DNA of 62,719 bases, counting the filler. It is 4 parts of 4 records of this genome, joined end to end, with 100 filler letters (N's around TTAATTAATTAA, not from the genome) between each part and the next. Parts side by side here need not be neighbours in the genome. Positions count along the whole stretch, not along the records: positions 1 to 16,920 come from SRR20825010_4229; positions 17,021 to 40,611 come from SRR20825010_4236; 2 more parts are not named here. The stretch is one strand, 5' to 3'. Numbering within the stretch: position 1 is the first letter of the stretch; the number at the start of each line of letters is the position of its first letter. The notes under the pieces were generated by a model. That model ran no database searches. It was not told the origin of the DNA and worked only from the letters and a program-made list of their open reading frames with translations. Positions 10,200-19,297 of this stretch are shown here, in pieces. Position numbers and translations under genes: made by a program.

Positions 10200-11411
10200 G
10201 TGGAAAAATATATTCTGGATCCCATAGAAGATGCTATTGAAGCTATCAAAAATGGTGAAGTTATCATCGTAGTTGATGATGAGGATAGAGAAAATGAAGG
10301 TGATTTTGTATGTGCTGCTGAGCCTGTAACACCAGAAATCATCAATTTCATGGCTACTCATGGGCGTGGTTTGATCTGTGCACCTTTAGTAGAAGATCGT
10401 TGTGAGAAACTAGGGCTGGAGTTGATGGTAGGGAATAATACTGCTGCATATGAAACGCCGTTTACAGTTTCTGTGGATTTGATCGGACATGGATGTACTA
10501 CTGGGATTTCTACAGCTGATAGAGCTAAGACTATCAGAGCTCTAGTAGATGACTCTATTGATCCAAGTGAATTGGGTAAGCCTGGACATATTTTTCCTCT
10601 GAAAGCCAAAAGAGGCGGAGTACTGAGAAGAGCAGGACATACCGAAGCTGCAATTGATTTAGCTCGTTTGGCAGGATTTTCTCCTGCTGGAGTTTTAGTA
10701 GAAATCATGAATGAGGACGGGACTATGGCTCGACTTCCTGATTTGGTAGAAGTTGCCAAAAGATTTAATCTTAAGTTGGTGTCTATCAAAGACTTGATTG
10801 CTTATCGATTGAAGCATGAATCTCTGATTCAGCGAGAAATAGGAGTGGAGTTACCTACTGAATTTGGTGATTTTGAGTTGATTGCTTTTCGCCAGACGAA
10901 TACACAAGAATTGCACCTTGCCCTAATTAAAGGTAAATGGGATAAAGACGAACCTATTTTGGTGAGAGTACACTCTTCCTGTATGACGGGTGATATCTTT
11001 GGTTCATGCAGATGTGACTGTGGAGCTCAACTTCATGGCGCCATGCAAATGGTGCAGAAGGAAGGAAAAGGAGTTATTCTTTACATGAATCAAGAAGGCA
11101 GAGGTATCGGCCTTATCAATAAATTGAAAGCCTATAAGCTTCAAGAAGAAGGAATGGACACGGTTCAGGCAAATCTTGCTCTGGGTTTACCTTCTGATAG
11201 CAGAGATTATGGGGTAGGAGCGCAAATCTTAAGAGATTTAGAAGTAAGAAAATTACGTCTCATTTCTAATAACCCACAAAAACGAGTTGGACTGTTAGGA
11301 TACGGTCTTGAAATAGTAGAACAAGTTCCTATTGAGATTGCTCCTAACGTTCATAATGAAAAATATCTCCAAACGAAAAGAGATAAAATGGGGCATAATA
11401 TTTTGAAATAA
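10200..11411 (+). CDS. ribBA: Bifunctional 3,4-dihydroxy-2-butanone-4-phosphate synthase / GTP cyclohydrolase II
   Basis: [40 protein letters not shown]. Confidence 0.97.
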   Translation: MEKYILDPIEDAIEAIKNGEVIIVVDDEDRENEGDFVCAAEPVTPEIINFMATHGRGLICAPLVEDRCEKLGLELMVGNNTAAYETPFTVSVDLIGHGCTTGISTADRAKTIRALVDDSIDPSELGKPGHIFPLKAKRGGVLRRAGHTEAAIDLARLAGFSPAGVLVEIMNEDGTMARLPDLVEVAKRFNLKLVSIKDLIAYRLKHESLIQREIGVELPTEFGDFELIAFRQTNTQELHLALIKGKWDKDEPILVRVHSSCMTGDIFGSCRCDCGAQLHGAMQMVQKEGKGVILYMNQEGRGIGLINKLKAYKLQEEGMDTVQANLALGLPSDSRDYGVGAQILRDLEVRKLRLISNNPQKRVGLLGYGLEIVEQVPIEIAPNVHNEKYLQTKRDKMGHNILK

Positions 11412-11491
11412 CCCGCTGTTCTTACCTTGGTATTTGTTAATAATCTATAATGAGTTTCAACCTGACTCTAAGTTATTGCGTAAATAAAGCC

Positions 11492-12151
11492 ATGATGAAA
11501 ACCATGAAAATAGCACTGTTCTCGCTTAGTTTATTGCTTCTGGGTATGACCACATCTTTTGCGCAGAATCAATTTCCTTCGCAGGTTTGGCATAAGGGAA
11601 ACATATACACCACAGACGGTAAGGTCTATGGTGGCGAGATCAAGTATGATCTAGAAAACAATGTAGTTCAGCTTCAGGATAAAACTATCGATACGTTCTC
11701 AGCGATTAACGTCACTTACTTTGAGCTGTTCGATGAAATTTATGGAGGCGTACGTAAGTTTTTCAGCTTGCCTTATTCCTTAAATAGCGATTACGACACT
11801 CCGATTTTTTTTGAAGTCCTTACCGAAGGCGATAACATCGCCTTGCTTTGTAGGGAATATGTGGCCACCGACTCAAGAGGGATGAATTCCTATGGAATGA
11901 TGGGCGGTTATGGAATGAATCCATTTTACGGCCCACAATCAATGATGGGTCATAAATTAGCTTTCAAGTATTACTTTTTGAAGAATGGAAAGATCGAGCA
12001 ATACAGTTTGAAGAAAAAAGATCTTTTTGAAATGCTGCCAGGGCATGATGATCAGATCTCACTTTTTATGCGGAAAAACCGCCTAGCTTATGATAAGAGA
12101 GGTGATCTCCTTCGTATCACAGCATATTACAACGAATTGAACAAAAACTAA
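11492..12151 (+). CDS. Hypothetical secreted protein
   Basis: Signal peptide; abuts surE; start chosen at the MMKTMK Met cluster. Confidence 0.7.
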   Translation: MMKTMKIALFSLSLLLLGMTTSFAQNQFPSQVWHKGNIYTTDGKVYGGEIKYDLENNVVQLQDKTIDTFSAINVTYFELFDEIYGGVRKFFSLPYSLNSDYDTPIFFEVLTEGDNIALLCREYVATDSRGMNSYGMMGGYGMNPFYGPQSMMGHKLAFKYYFLKNGKIEQYSLKKKDLFEMLPGHDDQISLFMRKNRLAYDKRGDLLRITAYYNELNKN

Positions 12152-12937
12152 ATGTCTAAACCTTTAATTCTCGTCTCAAATGACGATGGCATCACATCCA
12201 AAGGGATACGTGTTCTCGTATCTGTCATGAAAAAACTTGGGGACGTGGTCGTAGTAGCGCCTGACAGTCCTCAATCAGGGATGGGACATGCCATTACTAT
12301 CGGAGAAACACTTCGCCTAGAAGAGGAGGATATATTCGAAGATGTAAAGGCATTTAAGTCAAGTGGTACTCCAGCTGATTGCGTTAAGCTGGCTAAGCAT
12401 TATGTGATGAAGGATAGAAATCCTGATCTGATCGTAAGTGGAATAAATCATGGTTCCAATACATCTATTTCAGTGCTTTATTCCGGAACTATGTCTGCAG
12501 CCATTGAAGGAGCAATGGAAGGTTATCCTTCTATTGGGTTTAGTTTGTGTGATTTTTCTTCAAATGCTGATTTTTCACATGTGGAAGAATGGGTCGAGAA
12601 AATCGCTAGACAAGTACTAGTAAATGGAATGCCAAAGGGTGTTGCTTTAAATGTAAATTTCCCTCCGAAACAAAATGAGGAAATCAAACGAATTAAAATT
12701 TGTCGACAAGCTGAAGCCAAATGGCAGGAAGAGTTTGATGAGCGCTTTGATCCTAATGGGCGAAAGTATCTGTGGCTAGCTGGTAATTTTGTGAATTTTG
12801 ATAAAGGAGAGGATAATGATGAGTGGGCGATAGCAAATAATTATGTTTCTATAGTCCCTTGTCAATATGATTTGACAGCGCACCATGCAATTACCCAATT
12901 GAATAAGGATTGGGATTGGGAGGAGCTCAAAAAGTAG
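12152..12937 (+). CDS. surE: 5'/3'-nucleotidase SurE
   Basis: SNDDG, QSG.GH, GTPADCV, SGIN.G.N, YSGT. Confidence 0.96.
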   Translation: MSKPLILVSNDDGITSKGIRVLVSVMKKLGDVVVVAPDSPQSGMGHAITIGETLRLEEEDIFEDVKAFKSSGTPADCVKLAKHYVMKDRNPDLIVSGINHGSNTSISVLYSGTMSAAIEGAMEGYPSIGFSLCDFSSNADFSHVEEWVEKIARQVLVNGMPKGVALNVNFPPKQNEEIKRIKICRQAEAKWQEEFDERFDPNGRKYLWLAGNFVNFDKGEDNDEWAIANNYVSIVPCQYDLTAHHAITQLNKDWDWEELKK

Positions 12938-13017
12938 ATATCCAGCGGTTCTCTATTTTTTTGAGTGTGATTAAATGCTTTTAGTTATTTTTACCACTCT
13001 TAAATAGAATAAGCCGT

Positions 13018-14967
13018 TTGAATCGTAAATTATCCATATTTCTGATTTTTATACTGAGCGCTCCATTAGGAGTTTTTGCTCAGATTCCAGACATAGATAG
13101 CCTCAAAAACATTTTGCCTACTGCTAAGGGGAAGGTAAGATTGACTATTCTTAATGAATTGTCTACCCATCTTAGAGAAGTGGAGCAGCAAGTGGCATTT
13201 GACTATGCAACAGAGGCGGAAAAACTTGCTCAAAAGCTCAAAGATAAATCCGGTGAGGCTATAGCTAAAGAGAATATTGGATGGATTTACTATCGCAGAG
13301 GTCAATGGAAAAAGACTTTCACCTATTCCAAGGAAGCCTACGAACTTTCTATAGAGTCTAATAATCTAGAAGAAGCTTCTCGGGTGCTAAACAGTATGGG
13401 AGCGTTGTATTATGAGCAACAAAACTATTCAATGGCTATTGCTCAATTCAAGAAGGCCTATGAAATAAGTAGCAAGTCAGACGATTTCTACACGATGATC
13501 AGAAGTCTTAATAATATTGCTTTCAATTTTATTAAGTTAGATGAGCTTGATTCAGCCATGTATTATGCTTCGAAAGCTATAGAAACTAATGACAACGCAG
13601 GCTCTCCTTATTTGCTTTCTTTTTCAAACCGGGTTATTGGAGATGTTTATTTGAAGAATAACCATCTTGATTCTGCAGAGAGAATTTTTGAAAAAGCATA
13701 TGAAAATGCTGAAATCAGAGGGCTTACTTCCTTTAAAGCAAGTCTTTTGCATAGGCTAGGTGAGGCATACCTACTTAATGGAAAACCTGAACAAGCAAAG
13801 AAAGTCCTACTTGAAGGAGTTGAGCTATCCAGTCAGAATAATCTCCTTGATGAACTTTCAAAAAGCCATAAATATTTAGCGGAATATTATAGGCAATCAG
13901 GCAATTTTAAAGAAGCCTTCAAGGAGCAATCGCTATTCATTTCATTAAATGACTCGCTTGAAAATAAATCTACCAAAGATAGAATAGCCTTGATTCAGGG
14001 AATGTTCGAGGACGATTTGAATCAATCCGAACTTGAGCTTCTTACTGCTCAGTATGAAAATCAGACGAGTACTTTGGCCTTTAACCGAAAGATTGTATTT
14101 ATAGTGAGCGCTGGGTCTTTACTGATTTTTGCACTTCTGATATGGCTGTTTTACCTAAATCGGAATATTAGGAAATACAACTCAAGTTTGATTTTGCAAA
14201 AGCAACATATCCGTCTTCAAAACGAAGACTTAGGGACAAAATCAAAACAACTTGAGGGGATTAATCAGACTAAAAACAGACTTTTTTCCATTTTGGGACA
14301 TGACCTGAAAGGTCCTGTAGGACAAGTGAAATCTATCGTAGATCTATTGACAGAAGGGCATTTGACTCAGGAAGAATTTGACGAGCTGATTCAAAATTTA
14401 AAGACAGATGTTGATTCAGTGTACTTCACGCTAAATAACACCCTGAAGTGGTCACTTGCACAGATGGAGGGATTTAAGCTTCAGAAAGTCAACTTCAACC
14501 TCTCCGAACTGGTAAGGTCAAATATCAAACTGATCAAACCGCAGCTTAAAGAGAAATCAATTAAAGTAGATAATTCATGCTTACCTGAAGACCTGGAGAT
14601 TTATGCTGATAGGGATTTGATAGAGGTAGTGATCAGAAATATTTTGAATAATGCGGTGAAATTCTCAAAACCTGGCGATGTGATCCTACTTTCAGCAGAA
14701 ATAGAAAACAATATGATTACCTGGTGTGTGAAAGATCAAGGAGCTGGGATGCTGGAAGAGCAAATAGATGAGTTGCTCTCGGCAGATTATGTCATCACCA
14801 ATTCCAAGTTGGGCACCAAAATGGAAAAGGGTTCCGGTTTAGGGATTCAGATTTGTAAAGAATTTACCCGAATGAACGGGGGAGAGCTTAACATATTAAG
14901 CAAAGATGGAGAAGGAACAAAAGTGTGTGTGAGAATTCCTGCCAGTAAAATATTAGTCAGTAATTGA
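13018..14967 (+). CDS. TPR-repeat sensor histidine kinase
   Basis: Signal peptide, TPR repeats, TM helix, HDLKGP H-box, NNAVKF, DQGAG, GSGLG. Confidence 0.9.
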   Translation: MNRKLSIFLIFILSAPLGVFAQIPDIDSLKNILPTAKGKVRLTILNELSTHLREVEQQVAFDYATEAEKLAQKLKDKSGEAIAKENIGWIYYRRGQWKKTFTYSKEAYELSIESNNLEEASRVLNSMGALYYEQQNYSMAIAQFKKAYEISSKSDDFYTMIRSLNNIAFNFIKLDELDSAMYYASKAIETNDNAGSPYLLSFSNRVIGDVYLKNNHLDSAERIFEKAYENAEIRGLTSFKASLLHRLGEAYLLNGKPEQAKKVLLEGVELSSQNNLLDELSKSHKYLAEYYRQSGNFKEAFKEQSLFISLNDSLENKSTKDRIALIQGMFEDDLNQSELELLTAQYENQTSTLAFNRKIVFIVSAGSLLIFALLIWLFYLNRNIRKYNSSLILQKQHIRLQNEDLGTKSKQLEGINQTKNRLFSILGHDLKGPVGQVKSIVDLLTEGHLTQEEFDELIQNLKTDVDSVYFTLNNTLKWSLAQMEGFKLQKVNFNLSELVRSNIKLIKPQLKEKSIKVDNSCLPEDLEIYADRDLIEVVIRNILNNAVKFSKPGDVILLSAEIENNMITWCVKDQGAGMLEEQIDELLSADYVITNSKLGTKMEKGSGLGIQICKEFTRMNGGELNILSKDGEGTKVCVRIPASKILVSN

Positions 14968-15825
14968 AAGGTGAGCCTTAGCAAGGAATTCCTCTACCGG
15001 TATTTTGGCGCTAATTATTCCAAGTTCTTTCATGATCTCCATGGATTCGCTCAATTGAGTCTTAGAGATCTCCGAATCGGTTGCCCATACGGTCTGTTCA
15101 AACCATACTTTTACATCGATTTCATTCAACTCATAATTTCTGGATATATCTTCAATCGCAACATCGCTGTTTTGAAGTTCCTCTGAAGCTAGGTATACCA
15201 GATCTCTCAATTGAAATATTAATTCACCAAATTCCTCTAAAGCTTTATTTGTAGCAATAATAGCAAAGCATGGCCAAGGGCTCGGGACTTCACCAATTCG
15301 CTTCATTTGTTTGGAATCGACCCAAGGTTTAGTGGTGTATTTTTCCCATAGAAACATCTCTGGTTTTTCGGAAGTCATTACCTCCAAAGCACCAGGGAGA
15401 TTGTTAACTATTTTAAATTCCAATTTTTCAGAATTCCAGCCTTCACGTTTAGCTAGGACATAGCTCATTAACTGTGATCCAGATCCTATTCTGCTGATTA
15501 GAAATGTTGGTTCAATGATTTCATCTAAAGAATTTACAGATGAGTTTCCAGAAATATGAATTCCCCAGGTTAGGGGAGATTTGACATGAAGCCCAATCAT
15601 TTTTGATGGATTTCCAGCTTCAAAATCCTTCAAAAAGCTTTCCGTCAATACAATCGCAATATCTGTTTTGTCTTCCCTCAAATCCTTGTTCATCTGCCCA
15701 GAACCTCTGGATTCATCTGTCCATTGGAGTTTGATTCCCTGTTTTTCAAAAGGTTGAGCTGCTATTACTTTCTTCCAAGGAAAATTAAAATGCTCAGGAA
15801 CTCCGGTGATTCTTAGGGTTTTCAT
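14953..15825 (-). CDS. Substrate-binding-domain protein (NMT1/THI5-like PBP2 fold)
   Basis: GVPEHFN.PW, SR.GSGS..M, F.WE..TTKP, PWPCF motifs; start set at MKTLRI. Confidence 0.7.
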   Translation of the reverse strand: MKTLRITGVPEHFNFPWKKVIAAQPFEKQGIKLQWTDESRGSGQMNKDLREDKTDIAIVLTESFLKDFEAGNPSKMIGLHVKSPLTWGIHISGNSSVNSLDEIIEPTFLISRIGSGSQLMSYVLAKREGWNSEKLEFKIVNNLPGALEVMTSEKPEMFLWEKYTTKPWVDSKQMKRIGEVPSPWPCFAIIATNKALEEFGELIFQLRDLVYLASEELQNSDVAIEDISRNYELNEIDVKVWFEQTVWATDSEISKTQLSESMEIMKELGIISAKIPVEEFLAKAHLSITD

Positions 15826-15903
15826 AAGTGATGTTTTGACTAGTGTCAAAGGTAAGAACTGAAATTTAAAACAGTTTTCCATTCAAAGAAATTACCACCT
15901 CAT

Positions 15904-16920
15904 TTAGTCGTGTGCAGCCTTTTTGTCTGTGATTAAAAGATTACTTAGCCCTGCAAGGATTAATAGGGTTCCTGCCAGTAACATAGTATTAATTACAGCT
16001 TCTCCGAATAGTAATTTGTAGAGGAAATTCACTCCGCCAATCGCGGCTATGATCTGTGGAATAACGATGAACATGTTGAAAATACCCATGTAAATCCCCA
16101 TCTTCTTGGGGTCCACGGAGCTAGAAAGCATGGCATAAGGCATGGAAAGAATGCTAGCCCAAGAAATACCTACTAATGCAAAGCAAATATGAAGCATCCA
16201 TGGGGCAGTGATAAAATAGATCAGTATAAATCCACAACCACCAGCTACCAAACTGACCAGATGAAGTAGTTTTCGATTGATGAGGTATTTGCTAGTGAAT
16301 AGGGCTAGGAGCAAAGCAGCGAACATGGACACCAATCCATAAGTACCTAAATAATTCCCTACGCTATCGGCTGCATTATTATAGGCAGCGGAACTAGGAT
16401 CAGTAGCTCCAAATACATGTTCGGTAATTGCGGGAGTTGCAAAACTCCACATCGTAAAGAAGGCAAACCAGGAGAAAAACTGAACGACTCCGAGCTGTTT
16501 CATTACTGTTGGCATCGTTACAATGCTTTTTAGTACCTCCTTAAAGCCAATGATAATCCCACGGGTTTTAGCTTTTTCTGCTTCAAATTCTTCTAAGTCT
16601 TCCGGCGGATACTCTTCTGTTTTTAGAATTGTATACAAAATGGACGCAAACAGCACAAAAGCTCCGATTGCAAAAGCATATTTCACAGAATCAGGAACAA
16701 CACCTTCAGCAGCAGTATTTGGTACGCCCATTCTAGTCATTAACCACGGGAGATTGGAAGCCACCCAAGTGCCAGTTCCAATGATCAATGTTTGAACTAC
16801 AAAGCCATAAGACCTTTGATTGTCAGGTAGTTTGTCAGCTACTAAAGCACGGAAAGGTTCCATGCTGATATTGATGGAGGCATCTAAAATCCATAGGGCT
16901 CCGGCAGCCATCCATAGCGC
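15904..16920 (-). CDS. MFS sugar transporter (maltose/sucrose-type), 5' truncated
   Basis: LDASIN.SMEPFRA, QFFSW, G.YMGIFN.FIVIPQ. Confidence 0.85.
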   Translation of the reverse strand, partial: ALWMAAGALWILDASINISMEPFRALVADKLPDNQRSYGFVVQTLIIGTGTWVASNLPWLMTRMGVPNTAAEGVVPDSVKYAFAIGAFVLFASILYTILKTEEYPPEDLEEFEAEKAKTRGIIIGFKEVLKSIVTMPTVMKQLGVVQFFSWFAFFTMWSFATPAITEHVFGATDPSSAAYNNAADSVGNYLGTYGLVSMFAALLLALFTSKYLINRKLLHLVSLVAGGCGFILIYFITAPWMLHICFALVGISWASILSMPYAMLSSSVDPKKMGIYMGIFNMFIVIPQIIAAIGGVNFLYKLLFGEAVINTMLLAGTLLILAGLSNLLITDKKAAHD

Positions 16921-17020
16921 NNNNNNNNNNNNNNNNNNNNNNNNNNNNNNNNNNNNNNNNNNNNTTAATTAATTAANNNNNNNNNNNNNNNNNNNNNNNN
17001 NNNNNNNNNNNNNNNNNNNN
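16921..17020. other. Artificial contig linker
   Basis: N44-TTAATTAATTAA-N44 (stops in all six frames). Confidence 0.97.
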
Positions 17021-17119
17021 CATTTCTGCTTCGGCAAGCTCAATTTCTTTCCTTCCCCAATCGGCAAGAGAGATATCTTTCACTTTATAAGGAACATACG
17101 GAATTGTCTTTGTGCTCAT
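17021..17119 (-). CDS. ahcY: Adenosylhomocysteinase, N-terminal fragment
   Basis: Hand translation [33 protein letters not shown]. Confidence 0.9.
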
Positions 17120-17193
17120 ACTTTATATAAATTTACTTTTGTAGCTTCGCTTTTGTAGTGCGACAAAGATACAAATTCACTTAACTTTAGTTC

Positions 17194-17835
17194 ATGCCTC
17201 TTTACAAAACAATAACAGTTTCTCCGACCACTAAGGTCTATATCTGGAAAGTGACCGAGCCAGAAGGTGAACTTTCTAAGGATGTGGAGCTTACAGAGCA
17301 TTGCCAAAGCAGGATGGACGGCATGAAATCGATGGCGCACCGACGGGCTTTTTTGAGCATTCGCCACCTCATGGCCGAGGCAGGTTATGTGGATCATGAC
17401 CTGTATTATGATGATTTTGGAAAGCCCCATCTAAAAGATGGCAAGTTTATATCAATTACCCATTCGCACAACTTTACAGGCATCATCATCAGCGAGACGG
17501 ATGAAGTGGGTATAGATATTGAGATGCAACGTGATAAAATATTGAAGATAGCTCACAAATTCACACCTATCCAAGAGTATAAAACGTTGGCCAATTCCGA
17601 AGCACTCATACGAAAATTGACCATAGTTTGGGGGGCAAAGGAATCGCTCTATAAAATTTATGCACAACAGGGACTCAGTTTTTTACGTCATATCAATGTC
17701 ATCGATTTTTCTTTTGAGGATACTCGAACCGTTGCCGAAATACTGTACAATGGCAAAAGGACCCATTACGAAATCGAGTTTTTGGAGTTTGAAGGGTTTA
17801 CGTGCGTTTATGCCCTTAAAATGATGGGAGGATAA
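17194..17835 (+). CDS. 4'-phosphopantetheinyl transferase superfamily protein
   Basis: GKP, SITHS, VGIDIE, W..KES.YK. Confidence 0.88.
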   Translation: MPLYKTITVSPTTKVYIWKVTEPEGELSKDVELTEHCQSRMDGMKSMAHRRAFLSIRHLMAEAGYVDHDLYYDDFGKPHLKDGKFISITHSHNFTGIIISETDEVGIDIEMQRDKILKIAHKFTPIQEYKTLANSEALIRKLTIVWGAKESLYKIYAQQGLSFLRHINVIDFSFEDTRTVAEILYNGKRTHYEIEFLEFEGFTCVYALKMMGG

Positions 17836-17875
17836 CAATTCCTTTTTGTAGTTTTACCCTGAAATTATTTGCTCC

Positions 17876-18136
17876 ATGAGAATATCCGTTGAACTTACGC
17901 TATCTCCGCTCCAGGATGATTTTGAGACCCCCGTCATTGCTTTTATCAAAAAGTTGCGCGACTCTGGGCTTACTGTTTTGGAGAATCCACTGAGTACACA
18001 GGTTTTTGGGGGTTATAATGAAGTAATGGAATTGCTCAATTCAGAAATAAAGGAAAGTTTTGAGAATTTGGACCACGTGGTGCTGACCATGAAAATGGTA
18101 AAATCCGACCGAAGCGAGTATGAACCCCATTTTTGA
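17876..18136 (+). CDS. Thiamine-binding protein / YkoF-like small protein
   Basis: SVEL...PL, I..L..SGL....PLST.V.G pattern. Confidence 0.7.
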   Translation: MRISVELTLSPLQDDFETPVIAFIKKLRDSGLTVLENPLSTQVFGGYNEVMELLNSEIKESFENLDHVVLTMKMVKSDRSEYEPHF

Positions 18137-18755
18137 TTTTTTTATTGGTCCCTATGAAGACCGTGAGTTCTCCCTCATTATTCTGGAAGCGACCGCTTTT
18201 TTCTTTGGAATTGCTAGTGTAGTCTATGCTAAAAAGGAAGATATTTTGGTGTATCCTACGGGTCTCGTCGCTACGGTGATTACTACCTATATCTTTTTGG
18301 TGGATAATCTTTTAGGAGATATGATGATGAATTTCTACTATTCCATTATGAGCATTTATGGATGGTGGAACTGGGCAAGACGAAGGGATGATAGAAAGCC
18401 AGTAGTGCATATTACAAGGACCAATAAGAAGGAGAAATGGGTCGGTGTTGGCTTTTTTCTCCTCACCATGTTGGTCACGTATGGAGTTTACAAAGCTTTT
18501 GGAGCGGATATAGGGCCTACAAACTACGTGGATATTTTTACATCAGGCATTTTTTTCACGGCAATGTGGTATATGGCCAACAAAAAGCTGGAAAACTGGA
18601 CCCTTTGGATATTGGGTGATTTAATTACCGTACCTTTGTACGCCTATAGGGGATGGGGTATGTTCTCTTTACAGTACCTCATTTTTACTGTTCTAGCTGT
18701 ACAGGGATATCTAGCATGGAAGAAAAACTTGGCCAAGAGCCCACAAACCTCATAA
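18120..18755 (+). CDS. pnuC: PnuC-family vitamin/riboside transporter
   Basis: Multi-TM; YGWWNW and K.LENW..WI..D motifs. Confidence 0.9.
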   Translation: MNPIFDFFIGPYEDREFSLIILEATAFFFGIASVVYAKKEDILVYPTGLVATVITTYIFLVDNLLGDMMMNFYYSIMSIYGWWNWARRRDDRKPVVHITRTNKKEKWVGVGFFLLTMLVTYGVYKAFGADIGPTNYVDIFTSGIFFTAMWYMANKKLENWTLWILGDLITVPLYAYRGWGMFSLQYLIFTVLAVQGYLAWKKNLAKSPQTS

Positions 18756-19297
18756 AAGTGGTCCTTTTTGGACCTGAATCCACAGGGAAGACCACCTTGT
18801 CCAAACAACTGGCGGAATACTACAAAACCGAATGGGTGCCCGAATATGCCCGTGAATACCTACAAGACAAATGGGACAGAGAACAAAAAACCTGCGAACC
18901 ACACGATTTGCTGCCTATTGCTTACGGACAAATGCGCCTAGAGAATCAATTGGCGAGAAAAGCAAATAAAATACTTATATGTGATACCGACCTTTTGGAG
19001 ACAAAGGTGTATTCCGAAGCGTATTACAATAGTACCTGTGACCCACTTTTGGAAGAATACGCCCTAAAAAACAGTTACGACCTCTACTTCCTGACCTATA
19101 TCGACACGCCTTGGGTAGCTGATGATCTTAGGGACAAACCGGATGAGAGAGAACGAATGTTTATGCATTTTAAGGAAGCTTTGGAGAATAATAACAGGAA
19201 ATTCGTTAATTTAAGGGGAGATAAAGCGTCAAGGCTTTCCACAGCAGTAGAACATATAGATAAACTTCTCCAAAAACATGATAGAATTAAGTCCTAA
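18716..19297 (+). CDS. NadR-type P-loop kinase domain (stand-alone)
   Basis: GPESTGKTT, EYAREY, CDT, W..D.LRD; no N-terminal NMNAT domain. Confidence 0.85.
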   Translation: MEEKLGQEPTNLIKVVLFGPESTGKTTLSKQLAEYYKTEWVPEYAREYLQDKWDREQKTCEPHDLLPIAYGQMRLENQLARKANKILICDTDLLETKVYSEAYYNSTCDPLLEEYALKNSYDLYFLTYIDTPWVADDLRDKPDERERMFMHFKEALENNNRKFVNLRGDKASRLSTAVEHIDKLLQKHDRIKS

